Shown here: in pieces, positions 45,209 to 57,779 of the stretch
Numbering within the stretch: the stretch's first letter is position 1
Layout: every line of letters begins with the position of its first letter
Source of the DNA: Opitutales bacterium
GTDB taxonomy: Bacteria; Verrucomicrobiota; Verrucomicrobiia; Opitutales; UBA2987
Reading direction: 5' to 3'
Length of the DNA stretch: 64,000 nucleotides
Assembly (NCBI GenBank): GCA_965226885.1
Contig: CBDDEL010000010.1
Span: 256,001-320,000, forward strand
Made by a program: the position numbers and the translations under genes
The notes under the pieces: generated by a model
Told to the model about the DNA's origin: nothing
Seen by the model: the letters and a program-made list of their open reading frames with translations, nothing else
The model's database searches: none

Positions 45209-46468
45209 ATGAGCAGCGAAATTCTCTCAGTTCTCGAATATATGGAGAAGGAAAAAGGCATTAGCCGTGATGACATGATCAGCGCCATCACCAATGCCAT
45301 CAAAGGGGCTGCCCAAAGGGGGGTCAACGCGGGACAGGATTTGCGGATAGAGATCGACCCGAAAACGGGCGCTCTGAATGCTTGGGCGATGCTCGATGTG
45401 GTCGATTCGATGAGCGACCCGAAAACGGAAATCCATATCGAGAAGGCGCGTCTTTTTTCTCCCGAAGCGCAAATTGGGGGGCGTATTGAGAAGGAGATCG
45501 ATCCGGCCTACCTGGGGCGCATCGCAGCTCAAACCGCGCGGCAGACCATTATGCAGCGGCTTCGCCAATTCGAAAAAGAGCGTATATACGACGATTATAA
45601 GGACATGATCGGCGATATTGTATCCGGGTTAGTGCGCCGCCGGGAGCGCGGGGACCTCATTGTGGACCTGGGCAAGGCGGAGGCGGCCCTGCCGCACCGC
45701 GAACGCGTACCGAGCGAAGATTATTCACCGGGTGAACGCATTCGCTGCCTTCTTTTGGCCATAGAGCACACCAACCGGGGACCGGAATTGATTTTAAGCC
45801 GGGCCAGTGTACGGTTTGTGCGGAGGCTTTTCGAGCTAGAGGTTACCGAAATTGCCGATGGCACGGTGATCATCGAAGCCCTTTCCAGGGAGCCTGGCTA
45901 CCGGACAAAAATTGCCGTCAACAGCAGAGACCCGCGGGTGGACCCAGTGGGCGCATGCGTGGGCGCTCGCGGCGCGCGCGTGAAGAGTATCGTGCGGGAG
46001 TTGGGGGGTGAAAAAATCGACATCATCCGCTTTTACAGCGATCCCGTCAAGATGCTGGAAGAAGCCATCAAACCGGCCGTGCCGAGAAACATCCGACTCG
46101 ATGAGGCGGGGCGGCGCATTTATTTTGAGGTTCTGGAGGAAGACCTATCCATCGCCATCGGCCGCCGTGGCCAGAACGCGCGCCTGACCAGCCGCTTGCT
46201 GGGGTGGAAGCTGGACATCTCGAAGGAGAAGAAAGTCGTGCTTGGATTCGACGCCCGGGTGGAAGCCGCCATCGCCGGCTGGCATGGAGTTCCGGGGATT
46301 TCCGACGAATCGGCCCAAAAGTTAGTCAGTCTTGGCATCGTCAATCCAGAAGCTTTTGTCGGGGTAGAGGCCGATGACCTGGTGGGAGCGGGATTTACCC
46401 CGGAGGAAACAGCCGATGTCATCACTAATGTAGAAAAATTCCGAAACCGGGATAAAATTGACGTTTGA
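45209..46468 (+). CDS. nusA: Transcription termination/antitermination factor NusA
   Basis: [43 protein letters not shown]. Confidence 0.98.
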   Translation: MSSEILSVLEYMEKEKGISRDDMISAITNAIKGAAQRGVNAGQDLRIEIDPKTGALNAWAMLDVVDSMSDPKTEIHIEKARLFSPEAQIGGRIEKEIDPAYLGRIAAQTARQTIMQRLRQFEKERIYDDYKDMIGDIVSGLVRRRERGDLIVDLGKAEAALPHRERVPSEDYSPGERIRCLLLAIEHTNRGPELILSRASVRFVRRLFELEVTEIADGTVIIEALSREPGYRTKIAVNSRDPRVDPVGACVGARGARVKSIVRELGGEKIDIIRFYSDPVKMLEEAIKPAVPRNIRLDEAGRRIYFEVLEEDLSIAIGRRGQNARLTSRLLGWKLDISKEKKVVLGFDARVEAAIAGWHGVPGISDESAQKLVSLGIVNPEAFVGVEADDLVGAGFTPEETADVITNVEKFRNRDKIDV

Positions 46469-46540
46469 GAATTTTTGCAAGAGACCGCAGGCGGTGGTTG
46501 CCGCCATTTATCCAGTCATCCTTTTTGATTTAAACACAGC

Positions 46541-48946
46541 ATGAGCGTCAGAGTATACGATCTTTCCAAGAAAACCGGGATGACTAACGTTGAACTCGTT
46601 AAGTTACTCCGGGAGCGTGGTTTTATTGTCAAAAGCGCCTCCAGCACGGTCGATAATATATCTGCGGAAAGCCTGGTCGAGGAATTTGGGCAGAAAACGG
46701 AAGCTCCCCAGGTGGAGAAAGCCGTTGCGCCCCCGGTCCTGGCTCCTGCCATTCCGGTAGTTCCCAAACCAGCTTTACCTCCGGGGATTTTCGTAAAATC
46801 GAGGGCCGATGTGGAAAAGGAGCGGAAGGAAAAACTGGAAGCCGAGGGTCGTTTGCGGAAACCAATCAAGCCCATCAAGCCGAAGGTGATGCCCCCTGTG
46901 CAGACCGTGAAGTCGCCACCCCGGCCACGGCATGTGGCCATATCTACATTCAGGAAGCAACCGATCGAACCGATGGTTACCACTCCGCCGAGCAGAGAGG
47001 AATCTGCCAAGCTGCCGGAATCGCCCGCCTCTCCCGTAAATGTGGTCCCCTCCATGGCCACCAGCCCCCAGCAGCCAGCCATTCCGCCTAAACCGCCTTC
47101 GCTTTCTGCGAAAGCGCCTTCAGCCGAGGCCGAGGCCGGAAAAGAGGAAGCGGAGCCCGTCGAATTGAAGATGCTTCAGGTGAAACCGCCCATCGTAGTG
47201 CGCGATTTTGCCGAAATCATAGGGTTAAAGCCCTTTCGCCTCATTTCGGAGTTAATGGAAAAGGGTATATTTGCCTCCATGAACCAGGTCATTGAGGAAG
47301 ACATAGCCCAGTTAATTGCCCAGAAGCATGGGTATAAACTCGATATCCGGCACCGGGGCGAAGGCCAGCCGGAAGCCCAGAAAGTGAAAAAAGCCGAACC
47401 GGTTATCGATGAGAGCAAGCTGCTTGAGCCGCGACCGGCGGTGGTCTGCATTTTGGGGCATGTGGATCATGGCAAGACGACTTTGCTGGATACCATACGC
47501 AACGCCAATGTAGTGGCTGGCGAGGCGGGGGGAATTACCCAGCATATCGGGGCTTACCAGATAGAGCACAAAGATCAGAAAATCACTTTTATCGATACTC
47601 CCGGCCATGCCGCCTTTTCCCAAATGCGCGCGCGGGGGGCGGGCATCACTGATATCGCCATTTTGGTGGTGGCGGCTGACGATGGATTTATGCCGCAAAC
47701 GGATGAAGCACTTGGGCATGCGCAGGCGGCCAATGTCCCATTGATTGTGGCCATAAACAAGATCGACACCAAGGGGGCTGATATCGATCGCGTCAAAACT
47801 CAGATGCAGGATCGCAATATCGCCGCTGAAGACTGGGGCGGGGAAATTCTCACCGTTTCCATTTCGGCCCTCAAAGGGGAGGGGATTGATGCCCTGCTCG
47901 ACAGCATCAATTTACAGACGGAAATTATGGAAACCTTGAAGGCCAACCCCAAGTGTCCGGCCGAGGGTGTGATTTTGGAGACGCAAAAGGAGATGGGCAG
48001 GGGGGCCACCGCGTCCGTAATCATCCAAAAGGGAACTCTAAAGCAGGGTGATGCGCTTTTATCTGGCCCCTGCTACTGCAAAGTGCGGGCCATGATGGAT
48101 GACACGGGAAAACCGTTAAAAAAAGCTGGGCCGTCCACTCCGGTAAAAGTAATAGGCTGGTCCGGGCCTCCGAATTCCGGGAACCTCTTTACAACGGTCA
48201 AGAATGAAAGGCAGGCTAAAAACCTGGCTGAAGAAAATGCCCACCAGCTCAAATTGGATGGGCAAGCAGCGCCAGTTGAGGATCAGCCGGTTTCCCTGGA
48301 GCATCTTTTTGCGGCCATAGCGGAAACGAAGAAGAAGATTTTCCGGGTGGTGGTAAAGGCGGATGTATTTGGCACGGCGGAAGCATTGGCGGGCAGCCTT
48401 CTGGATATTAAAAGCGACAAGGTCGATCTGGAAATCGTGCAGACTGCGGTTGGCCCCATCAGTAAGAATGACGTGCTTATGGCGAGCGCCTCGGAGGCGT
48501 CGATAATAGGATTCAATGTCAACCTGGAAGCGGGAGTTGCGGGGGATGCCAAGCACCGGGGGATCACCATCCACCTGCACAACGTAATTTACGAACTCGT
48601 TGATCTGGTGAAGGAAGCCATGGTCCTCACCCTTGATGTGGAGCTTCATGAGAACAAAATCGGGGCGGCCCAGGTGCGGCAGGTCTTTCCCGTTGCCAAA
48701 GGCGGACAAGTGGCTGGCTGCCTGGTCACAGAAGGTCGTCTGGTGAGGGATGGCAATGCCCGCTTATTCCGCGATGGCGAGGTTTTGCACGAGAATAAAA
48801 TATCCACCCTGAAGCGATTCAAGGACGATGCTACGGAAGTGCGCGCTGGTTATGAATGCGGCTCCAGGCTGGGCGATTTTGACGATTACAAGGAAGGGGA
48901 TTTGATTGAATGTTACGAAATCCTGAAAGTCCGGCCCACCCTGTAA
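46541..48946 (+). CDS. infB: Translation initiation factor IF-2
   Basis: [36 protein letters not shown]. Confidence 0.98.
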   Translation: MSVRVYDLSKKTGMTNVELVKLLRERGFIVKSASSTVDNISAESLVEEFGQKTEAPQVEKAVAPPVLAPAIPVVPKPALPPGIFVKSRADVEKERKEKLEAEGRLRKPIKPIKPKVMPPVQTVKSPPRPRHVAISTFRKQPIEPMVTTPPSREESAKLPESPASPVNVVPSMATSPQQPAIPPKPPSLSAKAPSAEAEAGKEEAEPVELKMLQVKPPIVVRDFAEIIGLKPFRLISELMEKGIFASMNQVIEEDIAQLIAQKHGYKLDIRHRGEGQPEAQKVKKAEPVIDESKLLEPRPAVVCILGHVDHGKTTLLDTIRNANVVAGEAGGITQHIGAYQIEHKDQKITFIDTPGHAAFSQMRARGAGITDIAILVVAADDGFMPQTDEALGHAQAANVPLIVAINKIDTKGADIDRVKTQMQDRNIAAEDWGGEILTVSISALKGEGIDALLDSINLQTEIMETLKANPKCPAEGVILETQKEMGRGATASVIIQKGTLKQGDALLSGPCYCKVRAMMDDTGKPLKKAGPSTPVKVIGWSGPPNSGNLFTTVKNERQAKNLAEENAHQLKLDGQAAPVEDQPVSLEHLFAAIAETKKKIFRVVVKADVFGTAEALAGSLLDIKSDKVDLEIVQTAVGPISKNDVLMASASEASIIGFNVNLEAGVAGDAKHRGITIHLHNVIYELVDLVKEAMVLTLDVELHENKIGAAQVRQVFPVAKGGQVAGCLVTEGRLVRDGNARLFRDGEVLHENKISTLKRFKDDATEVRAGYECGSRLGDFDDYKEGDLIECYEILKVRPTL

Positions 48947-49068
48947 TCTCACTGGTCAAACTGTGCCTCTGTAAGACATAAATTGGGTAGTAGAAAGAAT
49001 TTCCGGGTTGCGTTCGGGCTGGAAAAAGAATTTTTACATCGGCATTAAAATTTCAACCAGACAGAAAT

Positions 49069-49419
49069 ATGGTCAAACGAATGGTCCGAGTAAATGAGCT
49101 GGTGCGGCGTGAAATCAGTGAAATTTTGCATACCCGGTTTCGGAGTGAATGTGTCGCCATTACTATTACAGAGGTGAAGGTGGCCAGCGATCTGCGCAAC
49201 GCGAGGGTTTTTTATGCCGTGTTGGGCGACAATGAGAATACGCAATCGGCGCAGCTTTTTTTGAAAAAACAGGGGAGGGAAATACGTCATCTATTGGGTC
49301 GGCGAGTGGTCCTTAAATACACACCTTTTCTCACCTTCGAACACGATGAGTCCATTGCCAGGGGATTTCACTTAAACAGCCTTATAGACGAACTCGATCT
49401 GGAAGAAGAACCTATTTAG
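49069..49419 (+). CDS. rbfA: Ribosome-binding factor A
   Basis: ITITEVKVASDLRNARVF, KYTPFLTF; synteny. Confidence 0.95.
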   Translation: MVKRMVRVNELVRREISEILHTRFRSECVAITITEVKVASDLRNARVFYAVLGDNENTQSAQLFLKKQGREIRHLLGRRVVLKYTPFLTFEHDESIARGFHLNSLIDELDLEEEPI

Positions 49420-49426
49420 CTCAAGT

Positions 49427-50416
49427 ATGTATTACCCTCAATTCAAATCATCCTTTCTCGAAATGCTGGAAGCCCTGAGGGGCCAAAAAGTGGTAGTCTT
49501 GGGGCACCTTCGGCCGGATGGCGACTGTGTTGGGTCGCAGGTCGCTTTCTGCCGGTGCCTGCTGTCCCGGGGGATCGAAGCTGTTTGTCTCAATGCGCAT
49601 CCGGTTCCGCGTGTTTTGCGATCCTTTGTGGGGGACACCCCTTATTATTTGCCTGAAAAATTTAATCATGAAGGGTTCCTGGCGGCCAATATGGATTGCG
49701 CCGATGAAGTCCGCATCGGCCGGGAGCTGCAAGCGCGGTATCCGGAAATTCTGGTCAATATCGACCATCACATATCCAACCCGGCCTACGGCCGATTCAA
49801 CTTTATCGACTCCACTTCATGTGCTACAGCGGAAATCCTGGCAGGGCTTTTTTTTGACTGCGGTATTTCCATCGACCCCATAACCGCTCAGGCCCTTTAT
49901 GCCGGCATCGTTACTGACACAGGGCAATTCCGATTTCCTTCGACCACCCGCCAGGTTTTCGAAATCTGCCGTTTATTGATGGAAAACGGGGCCGACCCGG
50001 CGGCCGCGGCGATGGAGCTTTATGAAATGGAAAGTCTCTCCAAGCTGCAACTGCTGGAGCGCTTTCTGGCCTCACTGCAATTGGAGTGCGATGGCCGGGC
50101 TTGCATCGGGGTGTTAAAAAACGGGGTTTATGAAGAGACCGGTTCGGACAGCGAAGACTCCGAGGGATTGGTCGATTACGCGCGATCGATCGAGGGGGTG
50201 GAGGTGGCCGTATTGCTGGAAGAGCGCAGCGGCGCGATTAAAGGCAGTTTTCGGGCAAAAGACCCTGTGCACCGGGTGGACCGGCTGGCCGCAAAATTCA
50301 ATGGGGGAGGCCATGCCTGCGCCGCCGGCTTTAATTGCAGCGGAATACTGGCAGATTTTTACCCAAACCTGGTGGCAGTATTGCAGGAACATTTTCAAAG
50401 TCCCGGAATTTCATAG
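49427..50416 (+). CDS. nrnA: DHH-family phosphoesterase (NrnA-like)
   Basis: [23 protein letters not shown]. Confidence 0.9.
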   Translation: MYYPQFKSSFLEMLEALRGQKVVVLGHLRPDGDCVGSQVAFCRCLLSRGIEAVCLNAHPVPRVLRSFVGDTPYYLPEKFNHEGFLAANMDCADEVRIGRELQARYPEILVNIDHHISNPAYGRFNFIDSTSCATAEILAGLFFDCGISIDPITAQALYAGIVTDTGQFRFPSTTRQVFEICRLLMENGADPAAAAMELYEMESLSKLQLLERFLASLQLECDGRACIGVLKNGVYEETGSDSEDSEGLVDYARSIEGVEVAVLLEERSGAIKGSFRAKDPVHRVDRLAAKFNGGGHACAAGFNCSGILADFYPNLVAVLQEHFQSPGIS

Positions 50417-50435
50417 ATTTAAAAATCAAGATAAT

Positions 50436-51161
50436 ATGAACCCTAATCCACACCCATTTGAAGGTCTCCTCTTAGTTGACAAGCCCCGCGGACCGTCCTC
50501 CCATGATATAGTGGACCGGGTGCGCCGTAAATTGGGCATGAGGCGGATCGGCCATGCCGGCACTCTTGATCCTAACGCGACTGGTTTGCTCATCATTCTG
50601 GTGGGCAAAGCGACCAAAGTGTCCCAGTATTTAATCAATCTGGACAAGTTTTACGAGGGAGTCATAAAATTGGGGGAGAAAACCGATTCGCATGATTCGG
50701 AGGGAAAAATAGTGGCGGAGATTCCCGTTCCCGCCCTCAGCGAGGAGCAAATTATGGAATTCATGAACGGGTTTGTGGGCGACCAGTATCAGACCCCGCC
50801 TATGTTTTCGGCCAAAAAAATCAAGGGAGTTCCTCTCTACAAGCTGGCCCGGAAAGGAAAAGTTGTGGAAAGAGAGCCGCGTTTTATCCGTGTTTCGGCA
50901 ATGAATTTGCTGAAAATCGAGCTGCCTTTTATATCCTTTTCCATACATTGCAGCAAGGGCACCTATGTTCGCACTATCGCCCATGATCTGGGCCATAAAA
51001 TTGGCTGCGGCGCCCACCTGTCGGAATTGCGGCGCACAGGCATCGACAAGTTTCTCCTGGCCGATGCCGTTTCCCTGGAGAAGTTCGAGGATTTTTCAGT
51101 GAGGGAAATCCAGAGGAGCCTGCTGCCGGTTTATCAGGCCATTCCTAGCAATGTCTTGTAA
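50436..51161 (+). CDS. truB: tRNA pseudouridine(55) synthase
   Basis: [24 protein letters not shown]; start reassigned to ATG 50436. Confidence 0.95.
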   Translation: MNPNPHPFEGLLLVDKPRGPSSHDIVDRVRRKLGMRRIGHAGTLDPNATGLLIILVGKATKVSQYLINLDKFYEGVIKLGEKTDSHDSEGKIVAEIPVPALSEEQIMEFMNGFVGDQYQTPPMFSAKKIKGVPLYKLARKGKVVEREPRFIRVSAMNLLKIELPFISFSIHCSKGTYVRTIAHDLGHKIGCGAHLSELRRTGIDKFLLADAVSLEKFEDFSVREIQRSLLPVYQAIPSNVL

Positions 51162-52146
51162 AAGTGTGAGTGCGAAAACGGATTTACCGGCCACAGTGGA
51201 ATCCTGCGAAGGGCTCGATTTGGGCGGCAAGGCGCTGCACCTGGCTATCGGCATGTTCGACGGGGTACATCTGGGGCACCAGGCGGTAATCGATGCGGCA
51301 ATTCACACGGCCACGGCCAGCAGCGGCGGTCTTGAAGGCATCAGTGGGGTGCTTACTTTTTGGCCCCATCCCAGTTGCATTATTTCTCCCGAAAATCCCG
51401 TCCGGCAAATAATGATGCCCCAAATCAAAAGTCAATTCCTGCATGAGCTGGGGGTCCAACTGGTTATCCAGAAACGCTTTGATTCCGAATTGGCGAAAAC
51501 CGCAGCAGAGGATTTTTTGCCGGGTTTGAAAAAAGCACTCCCTACTTTGAGATCCATTTATGTTGGCCAGAATTACCGCTTCGGCAGTGGCAGGAGAGGA
51601 GATTTGCCGCTTCTTGTCGAACAGGCCAAGGGTCTCGGGCTCGGTGTTTACAGCGCTCAGCGAATTGTTTGCAATGGGCGGGATATCAGCAGCACCCGGA
51701 TACGAGCCAAACTCATGGATGGGAAAATCGAAAAGGTGAATGATTTGCTTGGCTACTCTTATTTCAGTCGGGGAGCGGTAGAGTCGGGAATGGGGCGTGG
51801 AGCCAGTCTCGGGTTCCCCACCTTGAATTTATCCTGGAATCCGGAACTGCCGCCCGCTTTCGGGGTTTATGCGGTCATGGCAACTGCCACCGGTTCCGGC
51901 AAATACTACCCGGGCGTGGCCAACTATGGGGTCAGGCCCACATTTTACGACCAGAGCGTCCCCATTTTAGAAATACATTTATTTGACGAAACTTCTTTAG
52001 GGCCGGAGGATGAAATCAAGGTTCTGTGGAAATCCTTTCTGCGGCCCGAGAAGCGATTTTCCGATTCGGAGGCTTTAAAATCCCAGGTTTCCCTGGATAA
52101 AGCTCAGGCCATGAATTATTTCTCCGATAAAATCCATACCGGTTAA
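51151..52146 (+). CDS. ribF: Riboflavin kinase/FAD synthetase
   Basis: [29 protein letters not shown]. Confidence 0.95.
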   Translation: MSCKSVSAKTDLPATVESCEGLDLGGKALHLAIGMFDGVHLGHQAVIDAAIHTATASSGGLEGISGVLTFWPHPSCIISPENPVRQIMMPQIKSQFLHELGVQLVIQKRFDSELAKTAAEDFLPGLKKALPTLRSIYVGQNYRFGSGRRGDLPLLVEQAKGLGLGVYSAQRIVCNGRDISSTRIRAKLMDGKIEKVNDLLGYSYFSRGAVESGMGRGASLGFPTLNLSWNPELPPAFGVYAVMATATGSGKYYPGVANYGVRPTFYDQSVPILEIHLFDETSLGPEDEIKVLWKSFLRPEKRFSDSEALKSQVSLDKAQAMNYFSDKIHTG

Positions 52147-52217
52147 ATATTCAATTTTCAGAAATCCCCGCTTTTTTTATAAAACCGGCCTGAATCTCTT
52201 CGTTTTCAATTAATTCG

Positions 52218-52991
52218 ATGGCAGAAGACACAAAAAAACTTGTCCGGACCCTGCAAAACCGCCTGAAGGAAAAGGTTCATTTAGCGAGCATCGTGACGCA
52301 CGATTTGCGCAACCCTTTGGCTTCCATTAGAATGTATTTTGAAATGGCCCTCAGCGACAATGCCGCCTTGCGCGAACATAGCGAATCGATGAAGGAGCCC
52401 ATTCTGGAAATGTGCCAGAGTATGTCCCTGCTTCTAGACAACTATTCGGACCTGGTTAAAATCGAGGCGGGTTGCGAGCGGCTCGAGCGGCTGCCGTGCG
52501 ATTTGGTCCGGCTTGTGCGGGAGGCCAGGGATTCTTGCTCCGATATGATTGCCAGCGCGGGGACGGAGGTCCGGTTGAGCGCCGATGCGCCGGATTGCCC
52601 GGTTTATCTAGATCCCGGACTGTTTTCCAAAATGCTGCATAAGCTGCTCGGCGATATTGTTTTGCTGAGCCCGAAATGTTCCGCAGTGGAGGTGAGGTTG
52701 AGCCAAACCGGCCAGGATGCGGTTCTGGGCATTGAATATGTTGGCGCCTGGACGGCTGCTGAATTGCAATCATTGCTCGATATAGACCTTCTAAAGCTGA
52801 AGGAGGAGAGGGACAGCGAACGAAGGTTCCAATGCCTGGTATTTGGCATCGTTAAAAAAATCCTGTCCGCCCACGGTTTCGACTTTGCAGTAGATCCTGC
52901 CAATGGAAATGGAGCTTTATTAAATATTCAGATCCCCAGTGGGCAAGAATCTCAGGCTGCTTTAAATCCTGTTTCAACTACCTGTAGTTGA
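52218..52991 (+). CDS. Sensor-less histidine kinase-like protein
   Basis: H-box THDLRNPL; degenerate HATPase domain. Confidence 0.75.
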   Translation: MAEDTKKLVRTLQNRLKEKVHLASIVTHDLRNPLASIRMYFEMALSDNAALREHSESMKEPILEMCQSMSLLLDNYSDLVKIEAGCERLERLPCDLVRLVREARDSCSDMIASAGTEVRLSADAPDCPVYLDPGLFSKMLHKLLGDIVLLSPKCSAVEVRLSQTGQDAVLGIEYVGAWTAAELQSLLDIDLLKLKEERDSERRFQCLVFGIVKKILSAHGFDFAVDPANGNGALLNIQIPSGQESQAALNPVSTTCS

Positions 52992-55224
52992 AGTGTTGAT
53001 CGAGTTGAAAACCGCATAAACGATGCCGATCAAGTTCTTGGGTGTCACCGGTTCAACACCCACTTTGGCATTATTCTAGAGGCTGTCCCAAAAGGGTGAT
53101 TTTTGCGAGGGCTTTTGATAGGCGCTCATTTTAGAGGTATTTGCATTTGGGAGAGTATCAACTTTGCTCTCCTATGACGTTAGGATACTGGTTTTGGGGT
53201 CCGGTTGCCTGGTTTTCTTTGTATGAGCCGACAGTACGGCTGTGAAAAAGTATTGTCCTTGCTTTTCCGCTCTCTAGGCCGCCGCTTTGGTTTTTAGTTC
53301 GTCTTGCTGGGCCAGCATCTTGGCTACTTTCCATAGGTTGTGCGAGAGTACCGACCAGGCGTTGTGCGAGAGTACCGACCAGGCTACGCTGATCGAGCGG
53401 TTGGCAAAGCCTTTGCTGCGCAACCGCCCAGCCTGCCAGCGATTCTTCAATACCCCGATCCGCCCTTCGGTGCTGGCCCGGCGCTTTTGCAATTGTCTGA
53501 ACAGTGGTTCCTCCATCCGTTTTTTCAACTGCTTCGGATCGCGTGGACAGAGCGCGTCGTAGATTCCCTCCTGGGCTAACTGCCGGCGGGCCCGCTGGGA
53601 GGCAAATCCCCGGTCCGCGCACATGGCCGCTATGGGTTCTTCCAGGTTGAAGCGGTTCTGTCTTTGCAAACTCTCTTGCATTTGTTCATTTTCGCTTGGA
53701 GTTCGGCTGCCGTAGAGTTTCCAGTCCAGCAGGTACCCTTCAACGCTTTCTCCCAAAAACAGGGTGTTGCCGAACTCGACCTCTTGGCCCGCTTTACCTC
53801 GCACAATCACCTGCCCATCGAGTTCGTAAACACTCAAGACTTTCTCTGCGTTTTTCACCTGGCGGCCGCCAATGATCCGCTCGTGCGCCTGTTTGATGAC
53901 CACCGGGATTTGCTCGCTCATGCGCTCCATCCGGGCGAGGATCTGTTGGACCTGTTTTTCGCTGTAATCGCTTTGCTCCCAGCAGGCTTGCAATAATTCC
54001 CGGTGACTGCGGGCATGCTCCCCGATCCGTTTGAGCAGCTTTTTCATCTGCCTCAAGATACCCTTGCGCTGCCGCGCGCTGTCCTTTCGCCGCCGGCTGT
54101 GGGTCATCTGTATGCACAGCCGATTCATCTGCCGAGCCAAGGGCTCCGGTTCGATCGGCATGCGATGGCGCAAACCGGCCTTCTCGCGGATCAGCCGGAT
54201 CGCTTTGAGCAACGTGCCGGCTACATCCTTGAGTAATACCCAGTCCGTCGGCCAATGAATGTTAGCCTCCAAACAGGTGCCGTCGATCAGGCAAATGGTG
54301 GTGTCAATCGGCTTGTCCAATCCCACCTGCCGGGCCAGAAGGGCATCGCCCACCACCTCAGTCAAGGTCCGGTGCAAGGCCCTCAACTGCTCTTCGCTGA
54401 AAAACTTCGAGGCCCGCTCCAGGGTGCTTTTGGAGATGCCCCTGATGCCATCGATCTGCCGGACACGGCAAAAGTCGGCCAACAGATCGCTGCTGCCCAG
54501 AGCCCTCGACAAATGCCGAAACGAAATCCCTCCGAGCAGACGGCCCAGCGTATCCATGCGCAGTGCCTTGATGGCAAAACTGGCCCGCTGCCGCCGGGCC
54601 TTTAGACCCATTGGCGGCCACCCCTCCAAGGCCAGCTCAATGGCCTGCGATTCCACCTCCGAGTCGATCAGCAGCCGATCGATTCGATCAATGGTGGCGC
54701 GGAAGTTATCGTAATCGAGGCACCGGTCGACCACAGTTAAAGCTGGACGCAGGAGGCATTGGATGGCTATATTTTTCATAGAAAGGGCTATATTGATTTT
54801 CGCTAACTCAATTATAGAACCCTTTTTTGGCCGGATCGAGCAAAAACTTGCTCTTTCCGGCTCTTTTTATCAACGTCATCCAGTTGACTATAAAATCTTT
54901 ATATTTTTGGGACAGCCTCTATTCTATCCTCTGGCCACACAGCTTTTACCTTCTCTTTTTAGAAGTTGATGAACGATTTGGTCCCCCCACTGGTTATGGT
55001 AAGCCACGATCATGCCCACTTCCAGTTGGTCGAATTCGATGGGTGTGATGACCAAAACCGTATTATCGCCATAAATCGGAGCCATGGAAATTCCCTCTCC
55101 TTTGTGCAACGTAGCATCCGCGACGCCCCATCGGACCGAGCGGGCGACATTCAAGATCGTAGCGCCGTCCACAGTGGAAGCCGGAGGGGTAGCAGGCAGG
55201 CTGTTTTTGGCCGTTTCTTGTCAT
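52974..55224 (-). pseudogene. S24/S26 peptidase-like gene interrupted by an IS5-like element
   Basis: GISMAP and IVH motifs in 54924-55172; continues NNAKVGVEPVTPKNLIGIV beyond the IS; in-frame TAG inside the target duplication; ends approximate. Confidence 0.6.
53079..54919 (-). mobile_element. IS5-like element copy D (transposase 53274-54779 with 8-aa duplication)
   Basis: Both IRs, TATTCTA duplicated. Confidence 0.95.
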
Positions 55225-55361
55225 TCTAATGGTAAAAAATTATTGGCTGTCTGAGGTGGCCGATAATAGAGGAAATTTGTTAAGCCAGAAAAGCCCTTTA
55301 AGAAAATTGAAAGAGAATCCGTTAATCTAAACTGCTATCATTTGTATAAATCGCTAAAATC

Positions 55362-56831
55362 GTGGTAAAAGTAATTAAAAAAGTTGGTAGTGTATAAAAA
55401 AAGAATGTTATTTGGTATTTTTAGCTGTACAAATAGCGTTAGGTAGTTTATTCTTAGTGCATGGTTACTAAAATTATTAATTGTCGGCACTGTGGAAGTG
55501 AAAATATCATTAAATTTGGCAAGACGCCCAACCATAAACAGCGCTACCGCTGCCATGATTGTGGTAAACAAAGCCGCGAAAACCCCACAGTGAAATACAC
55601 CGAAGAGCAAAAAGAAATGATCCTTCGAGTCTATCAGGAACGCAGCAGTCTACGCGGTTTACAGCGCGCCTTCGGGGTGAGTCCCAACACCGTTTTGAGT
55701 TGGTTAAAAAAAACGACAATCGCTGCGACCGCTCAAAAGCACGATTCTTGCGGCCCGCCGCCATGATGTCATTGAACTGGACGAACTGTGGTCTTTTGTG
55801 GGGCGCAAGAGCGATGCCCAATGGGTTTGGATCGCTCTTTGCCGACGCACCCGTCAAATCCTCTCCTATGCCATTGGGCCTCGGGATTGGTATCGTTGCC
55901 GGGAACTTTACGAGCGTCTGCCACGGGCCTACAAAAGATGTGCCACCTACAGCGACTTTTGGAGCACTTATGATGAAGTCTTTCCTCATAACCGATCCGT
56001 GGGAAAAGAAACCGGTGAAACGGCCCATGTGGAACGATGGAACAATACCCTGCGCCAACGACTGGGTCGTTTCACACGCAAAACCCTCTCCTTTTCCAAG
56101 CTTAAGAGTATGCATGAAACCTGTCTGAGACTTTTCATTCATCAATATAATCAAGAATTAGCCACCATTCCTACTTAATACACTACCAAAAAGTTGTTGT
56201 TATAGAGGATCAGACGATCCTGAGGGACTTGATTTGCCGTTTGCTGGAATCCTATCCCACCTTTCAGCTGGCGGGCCGCACCGGGGACGGTTTGGAGGGT
56301 TTTGAACTTTGCCTGAAGCATGAGCCCGATTTGCTCATCCTCGATGTGATGCTTCCCAATTTGAACGGGATGGAGATTTTACACCGTCTGAAAACCCAGA
56401 AACCTCAGACCCGCGTGCTGGTGTTTTCGGCCATCAATAAGAACGAAGTGGTGAGAAAGCTGCTCGAATCCGGGGTGGACGGATTTTTAGAAAAGGATGC
56501 CGGGCTCGATGAAATGGAAAAAGCGGTGCATTGCGTGGCCAATGGGCAGCCTTATTTTGGGCCACGTATTGTGCGAATTATTCGAGAGTTGATGATCAAT
56601 CCGAGGGAGGCAGGCAGTGTTGAATCGCTCACCTCGCGAGAACGGGAAATCATTCAATTGGTGGCGGAAAGCAACAGCACCAAGGATATCGCGGAAAAGC
56701 TTTTCATCAGTGTCCGCACAGCCGATACCCACCGCAGCAATGTGATGAAAAAACTAGGCATTCACGATGTGGCCGGCCTGACCCGTTTTGCCATTGCCCA
56801 CGGTCTCGTGGAGACCGACTGTAGGTTTTGA
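55362..56831 (+). pseudogene. NarL/LuxR-family response regulator with IS1 in its first codons
   Basis: MVKVIKKV joins VVIEDQTILRDLIC across the AAAAAGTT duplication; LLILDVMLP, LTSREREI. Confidence 0.87.
55386..56187 (+). mobile_element. IS1-family element (apparently intact)
   Basis: 802 bp, IRs, 8-bp duplication; zinc-ribbon insA-like 55461-55766, insB-like ending 56178, A8C slip site. Confidence 0.94.
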
Positions 56832-56931
56832 AAAAAGGGGAGTTTGTTGAATCCTTAATTGATTATTCAACAACATTAATCTCCGCGGTCATGTGCAGGA
56901 TTCGGGTGTATGTAAATGGCTTCTGTTTCTC

Positions 56932-57759
56932 TCACTGAACTTGAACAAAATCGACGCCTTTAATCATCCAGTCTTTTAAAACGGTTTCGTCCCTTATCGA
57001 TCTGAGGGCCATTTTACGGTGAGCCTCATTTATGTCGATAGTGGCCATGACGAGTCTTTCATCAAAATGATTGGCTTCAGCCAGGACAACCCCGTCGGGG
57101 TCGACAATTTTGCTGTTGCCGTGGGATTGCGATTTGGAATTAACATCGTTCAAGTCTCCGGGAGCGTTGGCCATAACGAGGAAAATGGAGTTTTCGGTGG
57201 CCCGGGAAATGGGCATGGCATTGTAGGCTGACAGTTTGTGTTCTTTATAGAAACCCGCTTCGTTGCTGCAAAAATAACAGAGTTGCGTTCCGGCCAAAAC
57301 AGGAAGCCGAACCAGTTCGGGATACCGTATGTCATGGCAGATAATGAAGCTGGATTTCACACCGGCCACCGTATAAACCGGTATGTGGGTTCCCGGCACG
57401 GGCCATTCTTCCGCCAGGTGGGTTTTGGCATACCTTCCCCTGACAACGCCTCCTTTATCAATAACCAGCAAACTGTTGAAGAGCTTGCCTTCATGCCAAT
57501 GAACGGTCCCAAGGATAACGGCTATAGAAAGCTTCCGGGAACACGCAATGACCTCTTCTTCCGCTCGCCGGAAGGCTTCGGGGGCGGCATTTTCCCAATA
57601 TCCCTGATCGACCTGATATCCGCATAGACAGGCCTCCGGAAATGCGATGACATCCACATTTTCCTGTTTTGCCTTATCGATCCAGTGGAGGACTTTAGTG
57701 ACACTTTTTTGAACGTCCGGGTAGGTCAGGATCTGGCAACTGGCTGCTTTAAGTTTCAT
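56932..57759 (-). CDS. Carbon-nitrogen hydrolase (nitrilase superfamily)
   Basis: FPE, YAKTHL, ICHD catalytic motifs. Confidence 0.92.
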   Translation of the reverse strand: MKLKAASCQILTYPDVQKSVTKVLHWIDKAKQENVDVIAFPEACLCGYQVDQGYWENAAPEAFRRAEEEVIACSRKLSIAVILGTVHWHEGKLFNSLLVIDKGGVVRGRYAKTHLAEEWPVPGTHIPVYTVAGVKSSFIICHDIRYPELVRLPVLAGTQLCYFCSNEAGFYKEHKLSAYNAMPISRATENSIFLVMANAPGDLNDVNSKSQSHGNSKIVDPDGVVLAEANHFDERLVMATIDINEAHRKMALRSIRDETVLKDWMIKGVDFVQVQ

Positions 57760-57779
57760 TTTATTTAGTTTTTTTCGAA

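Noticed and set aside
54920..54926. Pyrrolysine or readthrough at the in-frame TAG of the peptidase-like gene
   Set aside because: The gene is also IS-interrupted and apparently frameshifted near its start; no pyl genes seen; simple decay is more parsimonious
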